Shown here one piece after another: positions 21,078 through 32,513 of a stretch of DNA of 64,000 nt. The DNA is from an uncultured cyanobacterium (GTDB lineage: Bacteria; Cyanobacteriota; Cyanobacteriia; Cyanobacteriales; Cyanobacteriaceae), in contig CAVQBA010000004.1 in assembly GCA_963710605.1 (NCBI GenBank), positions 1,088,001 through 1,152,000 on the forward strand. Reading direction: 5' to 3'. How positions within the stretch are numbered: position 1 is the first letter of the stretch; each line of letters starts with the position of its first letter. The position numbers were made by a program, and so were the translations under genes. The notes under the pieces were generated by a model that ran no database searches, was not told the DNA's origin, and worked only from the letters and a program-made list of their open reading frames with translations.

Positions 21078-21599
21078 ATGTTATTTGACAAGAAGTTAAC
21101 CACCGTTGGTAATAAAATAAAATCTAATACATCAGAAATTAATCAGTTATTAGCTACAGTCGAAAATTTACAAGAAGAAAATAAACTTTCTCAAGAGTAT
21201 TTACAGAAATTAGGGGCGGCAGAAAAGGCATCAGAATCTGCTTTAGAACAGCTTAAAACAGCTTTGCTAATGTTGAAGAATATAGATCCTCGTTTGATGG
21301 ATATTGTTAAGCAAGAAGTGGAAAATATTTGTTTACAAGTAGAAAATTCTTCCTCATCTGCCAAAAAATTGAGTAGTAATAGTAATTCTAAAATGAGTAG
21401 TCACAATGCTCAACAAAATTCTAATCAGGAAACAAAGACTAATAAAAAGACCAAAAATAATTCAGTTAAAGATTCGACTCCAATACAGTCAGATAAAAAT
21501 ACGGCTAAAGTTGTTGAGGTAGAGATTCTTGAACCTGATGAAGATTTTAATAGTAAATCTCATTATGAAGCGGTTATGAAAATTCAACAATTACTTTAA
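21078..21599 (+). CDS. Hypothetical coiled-coil protein
   Basis: AGGAGA RBS; heptad-rich N-terminal half. Confidence 0.6.
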   Translation: MLFDKKLTTVGNKIKSNTSEINQLLATVENLQEENKLSQEYLQKLGAAEKASESALEQLKTALLMLKNIDPRLMDIVKQEVENICLQVENSSSSAKKLSSNSNSKMSSHNAQQNSNQETKTNKKTKNNSVKDSTPIQSDKNTAKVVEVEILEPDEDFNSKSHYEAVMKIQQLL

Positions 21600-21684
21600 A
21601 CATTTAAGAGATTAGGTTTTAGGAATTAGGGATTAGCAATTAGTAATTAGCAATGAATAGTTAAAACTGCTTACTCATTACTTC

Positions 21685-23400
21685 TTACTTCTTGTTTGGG
21701 GTAACATCAAGATCGATTTGAAATAGATTACCGATCGGATTTACTAAAAAACCCTCGGGGGCATAATTTTTAGGTAAATATGTTTCAGGAATTGTACTCG
21801 TGTTACCATCTCTCACTGCTGAATAAGTAGGCGAGAGAATTTCTATATCTGCTTCGTTACATTTGTCTTGCATATTTTGATGTAATTCAGAATAGATTAA
21901 TTCCATTTTAGTCGGGTAATTGGTATATACTTTCAATTCATAAGTTACCGAAAAGTCTCCTAAGCCAGTTTGCAACACGAATGGTAAAGGATTTTCTAAA
22001 ACATACTGGGTATTCAAGGCTGAAGTGATTAATGTTTCGTAAACGTTTTCCCAAGGTACATCATATCCTAAGGTGATCACCGCCGTTAAAATGACAGGTC
22101 TTCTCGTTTCTCTAATTGAGGCACTATAGTTGATTATTTCATTGTTTAATAAATTTGAATTAGGAATTGTAATTAAAATATTTTCAAAAGTACGTATCCG
22201 AGTAACTAAAAGTGATTTTTCTTCTATATCACCTAAATGATGAGATAATTTAACTCGATCGCCTATTTGAAAAGCACGAGTATAAATTAAAATAATTCCT
22301 GAGACGGCATTAGAAACTGCATTTGTTGAACCTAAAGAAACTAAAACACCTAATAAAATTGAAATATTTTGAAAAGCGGCTGAGCCAAATCCCGGTAAAT
22401 AAGGAAAAATCATAATCCCACTGACGGCAAAAATTAATAACTCCACGATGATATAAGTTGGTTGAGCCCATTCTGCATAAAACCCGGGAAAAAAAAGTGA
22501 GCCTTTTTCTATCTCATCAAATATAGGTTTGATAAAACGCAAGAAGTAATATGTGATTGCAATAATTATCACAATGATAAATAAATTAGGCAAATAATTG
22601 AGTAAAGCCTGAGCAATTAATGTCAATGAATTCAAACAATAAGCCCAAACTCTCAAGCCGATGTTTTTGGTAGCGGGAAAGAAACCCAAAATTAAAGTAA
22701 TCGCAATAATCACAGAAGTTAAATGTAAAACAAATGTTATATTTTTAGTCGTAATTTGTAAAACATGGATTAACCTTTTAGCACTTAATATTTCTATACC
22801 ACGAATACTAATACCTGAAAGAGTGGGATAAATATTGCTCAGAAAGTTATAAACAAAATTAATGGCAAAGAAAATAATTATCCAAACTAATATCGTGATA
22901 ATTGTATAAACTATTCCTTGTAAGATATTACTTGATTCTCTACTTTGTTGGTAATTTTCAATTCCTTCTTCAATCGTTATTAAATAGTTTTGAATTAAAT
23001 CTTCTTTATCTAATTGAGACGATTCAATATCTTTATCTGTTACCGTCATAATTACCGTTTCTACCGTCAGCCTATCAGCAGAAATAAAAGAAAGATTACC
23101 TTCACTCGTCACTTGAAGTGCATCTACGGTAAATAAAGGATTTTGAGCTAAATTTTGTAATCTTTCACTAATATTTTTAGCTCTTTGTTGGGCAGAAACA
23201 GGACCAAAACCGTTTTCGATTGAAAATAATTCTCGTCCATCTAATATTACAGGATACGATCGATTAGTAATTTCTTCTTCTTGGTTTTGAGATGTATCGT
23301 CAATTGGTGTATCTATTTGTTGAGCAATTGTCTGATGCGAAAATAAGACAAGACAAATAGTAAGTAAAAAAAGTATTAGAATTCGTCTAATTTGTTTCAT
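21685..23400 (-). CDS. MscS-family mechanosensitive channel
   Basis: FQIGDRV, TRIRTFENILITIPNS, LGDFSVTYEL. Confidence 0.9.
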   Translation of the reverse strand: MKQIRRILILFLLTICLVLFSHQTIAQQIDTPIDDTSQNQEEEITNRSYPVILDGRELFSIENGFGPVSAQQRAKNISERLQNLAQNPLFTVDALQVTSEGNLSFISADRLTVETVIMTVTDKDIESSQLDKEDLIQNYLITIEEGIENYQQSRESSNILQGIVYTIITILVWIIIFFAINFVYNFLSNIYPTLSGISIRGIEILSAKRLIHVLQITTKNITFVLHLTSVIIAITLILGFFPATKNIGLRVWAYCLNSLTLIAQALLNYLPNLFIIVIIIAITYYFLRFIKPIFDEIEKGSLFFPGFYAEWAQPTYIIVELLIFAVSGIMIFPYLPGFGSAAFQNISILLGVLVSLGSTNAVSNAVSGIILIYTRAFQIGDRVKLSHHLGDIEEKSLLVTRIRTFENILITIPNSNLLNNEIINYSASIRETRRPVILTAVITLGYDVPWENVYETLITSALNTQYVLENPLPFVLQTGLGDFSVTYELKVYTNYPTKMELIYSELHQNMQDKCNEADIEILSPTYSAVRDGNTSTIPETYLPKNYAPEGFLVNPIGNLFQIDLDVTPNKK

Positions 23401-23613
23401 CTTTTTTTCTAACTAATACAAGTATTGAGAGAAGGACTAATTTTAATGTCCTTGTTAGGGTTATTCTATGAGCATTAAGAAGGGCTGAAGTTCTCATTAC
23501 GAACAAATTTCCCCAAAAGCTAAATAAATAATTGATGATGATTTTAACAGATTGGTTATCAATCAAAATTTATCTGTTTTGGGGAGGTTTTATTAATTAG
23601 TTAAGATTGTGAG

Positions 23614-24823
23614 TTAAGAAACGGTTGTGTTTAAAGCCGCAATACCAGGTAGCACTTTACCTTCGAGTAATTCTAAACTAGCACCACCACCAGTAGAAAT
23701 ATGACTCATTTTATCGGCAACACCAACTTTTTCGACGGCGGAAACTGAATCACCACCACCAATAATGGTTATTGTGCCTTTGTCGGTTAATTGTGCTAAG
23801 GTGTTAGCGATTGCTTCTGTTCCTTTAGCAAATTTTTCAAATTCAAATACACCCATAGCGACCATTCCAAATCACTGTACCACAACCATCAAGAGCATCT
23901 TGGAAGGTTTTGACTGAATCAGGACCAATATCTAAACCCATCCAACCATCAGGAATTTCTTCAACGCTAACAGTTTTGGCATTAGCGTCAGGGGCAAAAT
24001 TATCAGCAACAATTACATCAGTAGGAAGTAAAAATTCAACGCCTTTTTCTTCTGCTTTTTTCATTAATTCTTTAGCTAAATCTAATTTATCTTCTTCAAC
24101 TAAAGATTTACCAACACTTAAACCTTTGGCTTTATAGAATGTAAAAATCATTCCGCCACCAAGAATTAATTTGTCGCATTTTTCTAGTAATGCTTCAATG
24201 ACACCAATTTTACTAGAAACTTTAGAACCACCAATAATAGAGATTAAAGGCTTTTTAGGAGATTCGATCGCTTTTTGTAAGAATTCTAATTCTTTTTCAA
24301 TTAACAAACCAGCAACAGCAGTAGAAAGGTATTTAGTTACCCCTTCAGTAGAAGCATGGGCGCGGTGAGCAGTACCAAAGGCATCATTAACATACAAGTC
24401 GGCATTGCTAGCTAATTTTTTGGCAAATTCAGCATCATTAGCTTCTTCTTCATTATAAAAACGGAGATTTTCGAGTAAAACAACATCGCCATTACTCATT
24501 GCATTAACCGTACTGGTTACTTCATCACCGATACAATCGTCACACTTAACGACTTTTTGCTCTAATAATTCACCTAAACGCTTACCAACAGCAGTTAAAC
24601 GTAATTCTTCTTTTACTTGACCTTTAGGACGACCCATATGGCTACATAAAATTACTTTAGCACCATTTGAGGTTAATTCTTTGATTGTAGGTAACGCCGC
24701 TTTGATACGTGTATCGTCTGAAATAGTACCACTATCCATCGGTACATTGAAATCCACACGCATTAATACTTTTTTACCTTCAAAGTCAGTTTTCTTTAAA
24801 TTGTTAATACTTTTTTTGGTCAT
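23614..24823 (-). CDS. pgk: Phosphoglycerate kinase (one-base frameshift near 23859, likely sequencing error)
   Basis: [24 protein letters not shown] split across frames, STGGGASLE. Confidence 0.95.
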
Positions 24824-24923
24824 GATGATATATCTTGCTATTTGTTAGATAATAAAAATAGGTAAGTAAATTTTTTTACTCTTTTGCCGATTTTACCCGA
24901 CAATGTAACGAGAGGTAAATGTT

Positions 24924-25322
24924 ATGTTCAAAAACGTTCTTTTTCCCATCGATCCGAGTCGAGAAACACAAGATGCGATCGCTATTGTTAGTAGTATCGT
25001 AAAAACTTATAATAGTACGTTATATTTATTGTCTGTAGTTGAACAATCACAAGATAATTCCTCTATGATGACCGATGAAGATAAAGTAGCAAAATTATTA
25101 GCTAGTGCGAAAAATATGTTTGCCGATGAAGAAATTATCGCCGAAACGATCGAACAAGAAGGAATGCCTCCTTTTGTTATCTGTGATGTGGCAGAACAAA
25201 TACAAGCTAATTTGATTATTATGGGTTGTCGAGGCTTAGGTTTAACCCACGAAGGTGTTGATGATAGCGTCACTAATCGTGTTATTAATCTTGCTCCTTG
25301 TCCTGTTTTAGTTGTACCTTAA
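24924..25322 (+). CDS. Universal stress protein
   Basis: VLFPID, IIMGCRG, SVT..V...APCPVLVV. Confidence 0.9.
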   Translation: MFKNVLFPIDPSRETQDAIAIVSSIVKTYNSTLYLLSVVEQSQDNSSMMTDEDKVAKLLASAKNMFADEEIIAETIEQEGMPPFVICDVAEQIQANLIIMGCRGLGLTHEGVDDSVTNRVINLAPCPVLVVP

Positions 25323-25435
25323 TGATTAATAATTAATAATTAAATACATTTAAGCGATCGCTCGAATTACAAATAGTAGGGTGGGTATAACAGCTCACCT
25401 TAGCTCTAATAATAAGTCAATAACTGTCTTGAAGT

Positions 25436-26788
25436 ATGCAAAAAATTCTTGGTTTATTTTCATTGCCTAAAAAATTTTTTTTTCCTCTGGTAATTACTAG
25501 TGCCTTTATTTTTGTAAGTACACCTGTTGTTTTAAGCCAAGAAGTTTTACCTGTACAACAGTCAGATACTCCTGAGCAAACAACGATTAACGACGCTGAA
25601 AATGGACTTTATTTTGCCGATGTTTTAGTTAGAGGCAGACCAATTTTCCAAATAGGTAGTTTATCCTCAGTTAATGCAAGCGATCGAGCTGATATAATTA
25701 ACCGACGTATAGCAGGAATATTAGCACAACCTGATCCTCCCGAACAAGTTGTTGTTAAAACAGATAATCCTCGTAAAATTGCTACTTTGCAAATTAATAA
25801 TCGAGTGATTATGACGGTTACCCAGCAAGATGCAGATGACTTTGGTGTGGAGATAGAAGAGTTAGCTCAAACATGGGCAACACGTCTAGAAAAAGCATTA
25901 CAACGACCACCTTTAGCTGTTGATGTTGGGCAAAGACTTTATGGTACAGTTAGACAATTTATTAATCAAACGATCGATCAATTACCCTCCGTTATTGGTG
26001 CATTTATCGTGGTTATCTTTACTTGGACGACCGCAATTGGTGTTAAAATTGCTGTTTCTACTTGGGCTAAACAAACTGAAGGAGATACCAATACTGAAAT
26101 ATTGATCGCTAGGCTAAGCTATGGCGGTGTCTGGATAGTTGGTGCAGTAATTGCTTTAGGAGTGCTAGGTTTAGATTTTGGGGCTTTATTAGGAGCTTTA
26201 GGTTTGACTAGTGTAGCGATCGGTTTTAGCCTTAAAGATGTCTTAAGTAACTACATCTCTGGGGTTATTTTACTCGCCGCTCGACCATTTAGAATTGATG
26301 ATCAAGTTGTTATTGGTGATTATGAAGGCACAATTACTCAAATACAACTACGAGCCACTACCTTAAAAACTTATGATGGTAGATTAGTTTATATTCCTAA
26401 TCAAGAAATATTTCAAGCTAGTATCACCAACAATACGGCTTCTCCTCGTCGTCGTAGTTCGATCATGGTGGGGATAGACTACGCTGAAGAAATTGATCAA
26501 GCCAAAGAGGTGATTTTAGAAACTTTATACTCGATCGAATTAGTCGAAAAAAAACCCCTTACAGAAGTTTTAGTGACGGAATTAGGAGCAAGTACAGTTA
26601 ATTTAGAAGTGCGTTTTTGGGTTGATTCTCGTCGAGCAGGATTTTTAACCACAACTTCATTAGTTGCTCAAAGAATTAAAGAAGCCTTAGAAAGAGAAAA
26701 TATCGATATGCCAACAGATATTTATACTCTGGTATTACGAGATTCTTCTCTAGTCATCGAACCGAAAACAGAAAACGATGAACAGTGA
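25436..26788 (+). CDS. MscS-family mechanosensitive channel
   Basis: GFSLKDVLSNYISG, PFRIDDQV, VYIPN. Confidence 0.9.
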   Translation: MQKILGLFSLPKKFFFPLVITSAFIFVSTPVVLSQEVLPVQQSDTPEQTTINDAENGLYFADVLVRGRPIFQIGSLSSVNASDRADIINRRIAGILAQPDPPEQVVVKTDNPRKIATLQINNRVIMTVTQQDADDFGVEIEELAQTWATRLEKALQRPPLAVDVGQRLYGTVRQFINQTIDQLPSVIGAFIVVIFTWTTAIGVKIAVSTWAKQTEGDTNTEILIARLSYGGVWIVGAVIALGVLGLDFGALLGALGLTSVAIGFSLKDVLSNYISGVILLAARPFRIDDQVVIGDYEGTITQIQLRATTLKTYDGRLVYIPNQEIFQASITNNTASPRRRSSIMVGIDYAEEIDQAKEVILETLYSIELVEKKPLTEVLVTELGASTVNLEVRFWVDSRRAGFLTTTSLVAQRIKEALERENIDMPTDIYTLVLRDSSLVIEPKTENDEQ

Positions 26789-26879
26789 ATAATTGTCAAC
26801 TATTCCTAATGATAGATGTCTTTATTATCTATCTGGATCAAGATATACCAAGTAAATATTTACAATTATTAATAGAATA

Positions 26880-27968
26880 GTGATTAATTCTGTGCTGTTA
26901 ACATTTTTAAATACAGAATATTTGAGTAATAGAATTCTTGATTATCTAATTGCACTCGGAATTATTTTGGGTGGTATTTTAGGAATTAAAATTTTAAGAA
27001 GATTTATTCTCAAGAGTTTGAAAAAATGGACTAAAAAAACTGTCAGTGGATTAGATGATTCTTTAATTAGAATTTTTGAGCAAACTTTTATTCCTGCTTT
27101 TTATTTAGGCAGTTTTTATTTAGCGATTTCTAATCTTAGTTTACATCCTATATTCAAAGAAACTTTTAATGTTTTCGGGGTTATTATTGCGACTATCATC
27201 GGTATTCGCTTTTTCATCTCTTTAGCCGAATATTTTTTACGTGTTTATGTGGTTAGTCGTGAAAGTAAAAATGATGATTTAGCTCAAAGTATTCATTCTT
27301 TTATCCCTGCGATTAGAACGATTATTTGGGCAATTGGTTTAGTTTTTATTCTCGATAACCTCGGCTTTGATGTTTCTTCGGTTATTGCTACTTTGGGAAT
27401 TGGGGGGGTAGCGATTGCTTTAGCGTCACAAGGTGTATTACAAGATCTGTTTAGTTATTTCTCAATTTTATTTGACCGTCCTTTTGAGTTAGGTGATTTT
27501 ATCATTGTTAGTGATTTTGTCGGTACAGTTGAACACGTTGGTATCAAAACAACTCGTCTCACAAGTTTGGATGGAGAAGCGATTGTCATTGCTAATTCAG
27601 ATTTAATTAATTCTCGGATTCGTAATTATAAACGAATGAAAAAAAGAAGAATAGTTTTTAAAATTGGTGTTACATATCAAACAGATGTTAATCAATTAAA
27701 GAGTATTCCTATTATTATTCAAAATATTGTTGAAAATACTAATAATACAACTTTCGATCGAACTCATTTTAGTACTTATAATGAATTTAGTTTAGATTTT
27801 GAAATAGTCTATTACGTAACAACAAATGACTATAATAAATACATGGATGCACAACAAGAAATTAATCTTAAAATCAAACAAGAATTCGATCGACACAATA
27901 TCAAATTTGCTTATCCTACTCAAGTTAATTATCTTAATAGTTCTTCCTTAGCAAAATCTTTAAATTAA
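26880..27968 (+). CDS. MscS-family mechanosensitive channel
   Basis: IALASQGVLQDLF, DRPFELGD, FAYPTQ. Confidence 0.9.
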   Translation: MINSVLLTFLNTEYLSNRILDYLIALGIILGGILGIKILRRFILKSLKKWTKKTVSGLDDSLIRIFEQTFIPAFYLGSFYLAISNLSLHPIFKETFNVFGVIIATIIGIRFFISLAEYFLRVYVVSRESKNDDLAQSIHSFIPAIRTIIWAIGLVFILDNLGFDVSSVIATLGIGGVAIALASQGVLQDLFSYFSILFDRPFELGDFIIVSDFVGTVEHVGIKTTRLTSLDGEAIVIANSDLINSRIRNYKRMKKRRIVFKIGVTYQTDVNQLKSIPIIIQNIVENTNNTTFDRTHFSTYNEFSLDFEIVYYVTTNDYNKYMDAQQEINLKIKQEFDRHNIKFAYPTQVNYLNSSSLAKSLN

Positions 27969-28381
27969 AATATATATAGTATTTAAATATTAATTATTTA
28001 GATAGTTTATTTTTATTTATAGTTAGTTAAAATAAATACGATTACAATTAACCATCATATTTTGTAGTTAAATTTATTCAATAATATTTATTACTTTTAT
28101 CAGTGATTGCGATCATTAAATCAAGCTCAGATTTTTTATCTAGATTTGAATGAGTATGCTTATTTTTTTTGTCTAAAATAATTGAAATATTCGGCGATCG
28201 CTTTTTGAGAATAACTATTAAAAAAATGTTAAGATAATGTTTAATTATGAACCTTTCATTTTAGTTGCAGTTAATTAAAATATATTGATAGTTTAAATAA
28301 CAAAGTTTTACTAAGCTAGCCTTTACTTTCTTTCCAAATAAATACAATTTATAAATGATAATTCTTCTCAAAAAATAGAAC

Positions 28382-28666
28382 ATGACAAATAATTTTAATA
28401 AAGCCCCGAAAAAATCTAATTTAACACCTAAAAAATATGCCTATTTAAAAGCCGAGGCACAAGCACCATATAAAGGTTTACGTAAATTTATTTATTTTGG
28501 AATAGGTGCTTCTGGTGCAATAGGTGCTTTCATTTTTTTCATCCAAATTCTTGCTCAAAAAACTACTAGTGAAACAATAGGCAACTTTTTTATTCAAATA
28601 GCTGTTATTTCATTAATGGTTTTTTTGTACCGTTTAGAAGATTGGAAAAAAACTGATAAAAATTGA
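28382..28666 (+). CDS. DUF3493-like small membrane protein
   Basis: LKAEAQAPYKGLRKFIY followed by two TM segments. Confidence 0.7.
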   Translation: MTNNFNKAPKKSNLTPKKYAYLKAEAQAPYKGLRKFIYFGIGASGAIGAFIFFIQILAQKTTSETIGNFFIQIAVISLMVFLYRLEDWKKTDKN

Positions 28667-29119
28667 GTGGATTTTTTTTATTGATGGTAATAATCACAAT
28701 GATGTTTTTTTTTAAGCTTAATCACCTGCAAGCCTTTCTAGATATAGATTAAGTAGATAAAACATCAATAATTATTCTTCATGTTATCTCTCAAATATAA
28801 AAAAAATAGGAAATTAATTTAAAATTGTTGTACATTTATATCAGAATTAGTAACACAAATTATCTAATCACAATCTAATTTTTGAGATAATTGCTAGATT
28901 AGTTAGTAATTTTTAACTATTGATTCGAGTAACTTTAAACAAGAATTAGTTGATTTTTTTGTAGTTAATGTCAAAATCGGTAGATAATAACGATTGATTA
29001 ATTCAATCAATTGTATAGTATTAGAGATTTAAGCAAATCAAAGATACAGAAAAGATTGAGACTAAAAACACAATTTGTGTAAACTTTGTTTGTAAAGAAT
29101 AGACAATAAGGAAAAATAA

Positions 29120-30433
<1,314 letters not shown>

Positions 30434-30675
30434 TTAAGATAAATAATCATAGCGGACAGATAACAGCAAATAGCGGACTATATTATTTGTTTGCTCCTTA
30501 ATTTCTCACACTTTTACTCGATATAATTAATCCCTCTATTTTATTTAATCCAATTTAATAAATAGGGGGATTTGCTGTTGAAAAAAATTGGGATTGCTGA
30601 GTTGAGAGTATTAATTATATAGCAGAGAACGAGTTTGTTAAGACACCCAACCACCCTTAACCCTTCCTTAGCAAG

Positions 30676-30883
30676 CAGGGCTTTTTCATTCAAAGGAAGA
30701 AGAAAATAGTTAGAAGCTCAAAATAAATAGCTATAACCTCAAAATAAATAGCTAGAAGCTATTACTACTGGATCGATCGAGAGTGGTTACATTATGTTTT
30801 TACGAAAGCGAAAAAAACTGCGATCCATTTAATGCTATTTCTGGCGTTGTCTAATTTAAAAATTTTACAATGAAACAGCCCTG
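30676..30883. mobile_element. MITE with CAGGGCT...AGCCCTG termini, copy 2
   Basis: TIRs; 12-bp flanking direct repeat (t/c)tccttagcaag; internal tandem duplication ctcaaaataaatagcta. Confidence 0.8.
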
Positions 30884-30938
30884 CTCCTTAGCAAGGAGAG
30901 GAACTTGATTCAACTGTTAAGAGCTAACTTATTTACGA

Positions 30939-32105
30939 CTATAATTCTGCTGTGCGACCTTTTTGAGGGAAAATACCAGAAGGTTTGACCTGCAAAAAAG
31001 CGATAATCAAGATAAATACAAGTACTTTCGCCATACTAGTCGTCGCAAAAAAGTTAATTATATCTAGTACAGGTGTCAAAGATTCTTGAGACATAACCAT
31101 TAAACCCAAAGTACCAGAACCGATTAAGTAAGTCAAAATACCGATCGCTAGAGCGGCAATAACAGAACCTAAAAGATTACCCACACCACCTACTACAACT
31201 ACCATAAAAGCATCTACAATGTAGTTTTGACCAGTATTTGGACCAACTGAACCAAGTAAACTAATCGCCACTCCAGCCACGCCTGCTAACCCCGAACCTA
31301 GAGCAAAAGTCAAAGCATCAACTGTCGCTGTGGGAATACCCAAACAAGAACTCATCGTTCGGTTTTGAGTTACAGCACGAATTTTCAAACCCCAATTTGT
31401 ACCATTGAAAAACCAATAAACACCACCCATACAAATCAAGGTTAAAACAATGATAAATATACGAGCAGTGGGAAATTGAAATGCTCCTAGGGGGACTCCT
31501 CCTCTGAGCCATTCAGGGGCGGTAACATCAACGTTTCTGGCACTAAACCAAGGTTTTGTTAACGCTTCATTATTAGATTGATTAAGTAAAACACCTGTAA
31601 CGATCGCAATTAAACTAGCTAAAGGAAGACAAATTGAGATAAATAAATTTTTGATTTGTAACCAATTAGGGCGACGAGAAAAGAACCACATCGCACCAAA
31701 AAAGAAAGCGGCAAAAACAACAAGTGCGATCGTCATCGACAAATTTACACTACGTACAAACTGACGTAAAATTAAACTAACTCCCCATGTAGCCAAAAGA
31801 GTTTCTAACGGTCTGCCATAAAGAAAACGAATTACCCCTCTTTCTAAAATTATTCCCACGATCGCACCGACGATAAAAGCACAAGGAATAGCGACAATAA
31901 TATAAAGACTAAACCAAGGCTCACCTAAAGGTTTAAATATATTTTGGACGACAAAAGTGGTGTATGCCCCAATCATCATCAATTCTCCGTGAGCAAGATT
32001 AATTACCCCCATCAAACCAAAAACGATCGCTAAACCAAGGGCGGCAATTAGTAAAACTGAACCAATACTAATACCATTTAAAAAGCCTTCAAAAAAAAGT
32101 AGCAT
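30939..32105 (-). CDS. urtB: Urea ABC transporter permease UrtB
   Basis: GLMGVINLAHGELMMIGAY, LYGRPLETLLATWGVSL, IVDAFMVVVVGG. Confidence 0.88.
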   Translation of the reverse strand: MLLFFEGFLNGISIGSVLLIAALGLAIVFGLMGVINLAHGELMMIGAYTTFVVQNIFKPLGEPWFSLYIIVAIPCAFIVGAIVGIILERGVIRFLYGRPLETLLATWGVSLILRQFVRSVNLSMTIALVVFAAFFFGAMWFFSRRPNWLQIKNLFISICLPLASLIAIVTGVLLNQSNNEALTKPWFSARNVDVTAPEWLRGGVPLGAFQFPTARIFIIVLTLICMGGVYWFFNGTNWGLKIRAVTQNRTMSSCLGIPTATVDALTFALGSGLAGVAGVAISLLGSVGPNTGQNYIVDAFMVVVVGGVGNLLGSVIAALAIGILTYLIGSGTLGLMVMSQESLTPVLDIINFFATTSMAKVLVFILIIAFLQVKPSGIFPQKGRTAEL

Positions 32106-32513
32106 TACCTAAAAAAGTTGTAAATTATATTTAATCGATTGATAGATTATCCTCACAAATACTAATTCATTTTGGTCATCATAATCACAATTAATTTTTT
32201 GGCAATCTATAGCGTTTTGAACAGTTGAATACAGTTCCCCATCCTTTAAAGGAGGGGTTAGGGGTGGTAGCTTTGATTTGGAATACAATATTCGGATTAT
32301 ATAAACCGCAGAGGACAGCAGAGGACGCAGAGAGAGGAAAGAAGAGAGAAGTTATGAGTAATAGGGAAGAGGGAAGAGCGAATAGAGAGTAAGAAGTATA
32401 AATTGTCAATTGTAGATTATTTAAGTTGATCACTGTTATCTATTATCTGTTATCTGGTTCGCTGTTACTATAAAATGATTCTATAAACGCTTTACAAAGA
32501 TAAAAAACAAATT

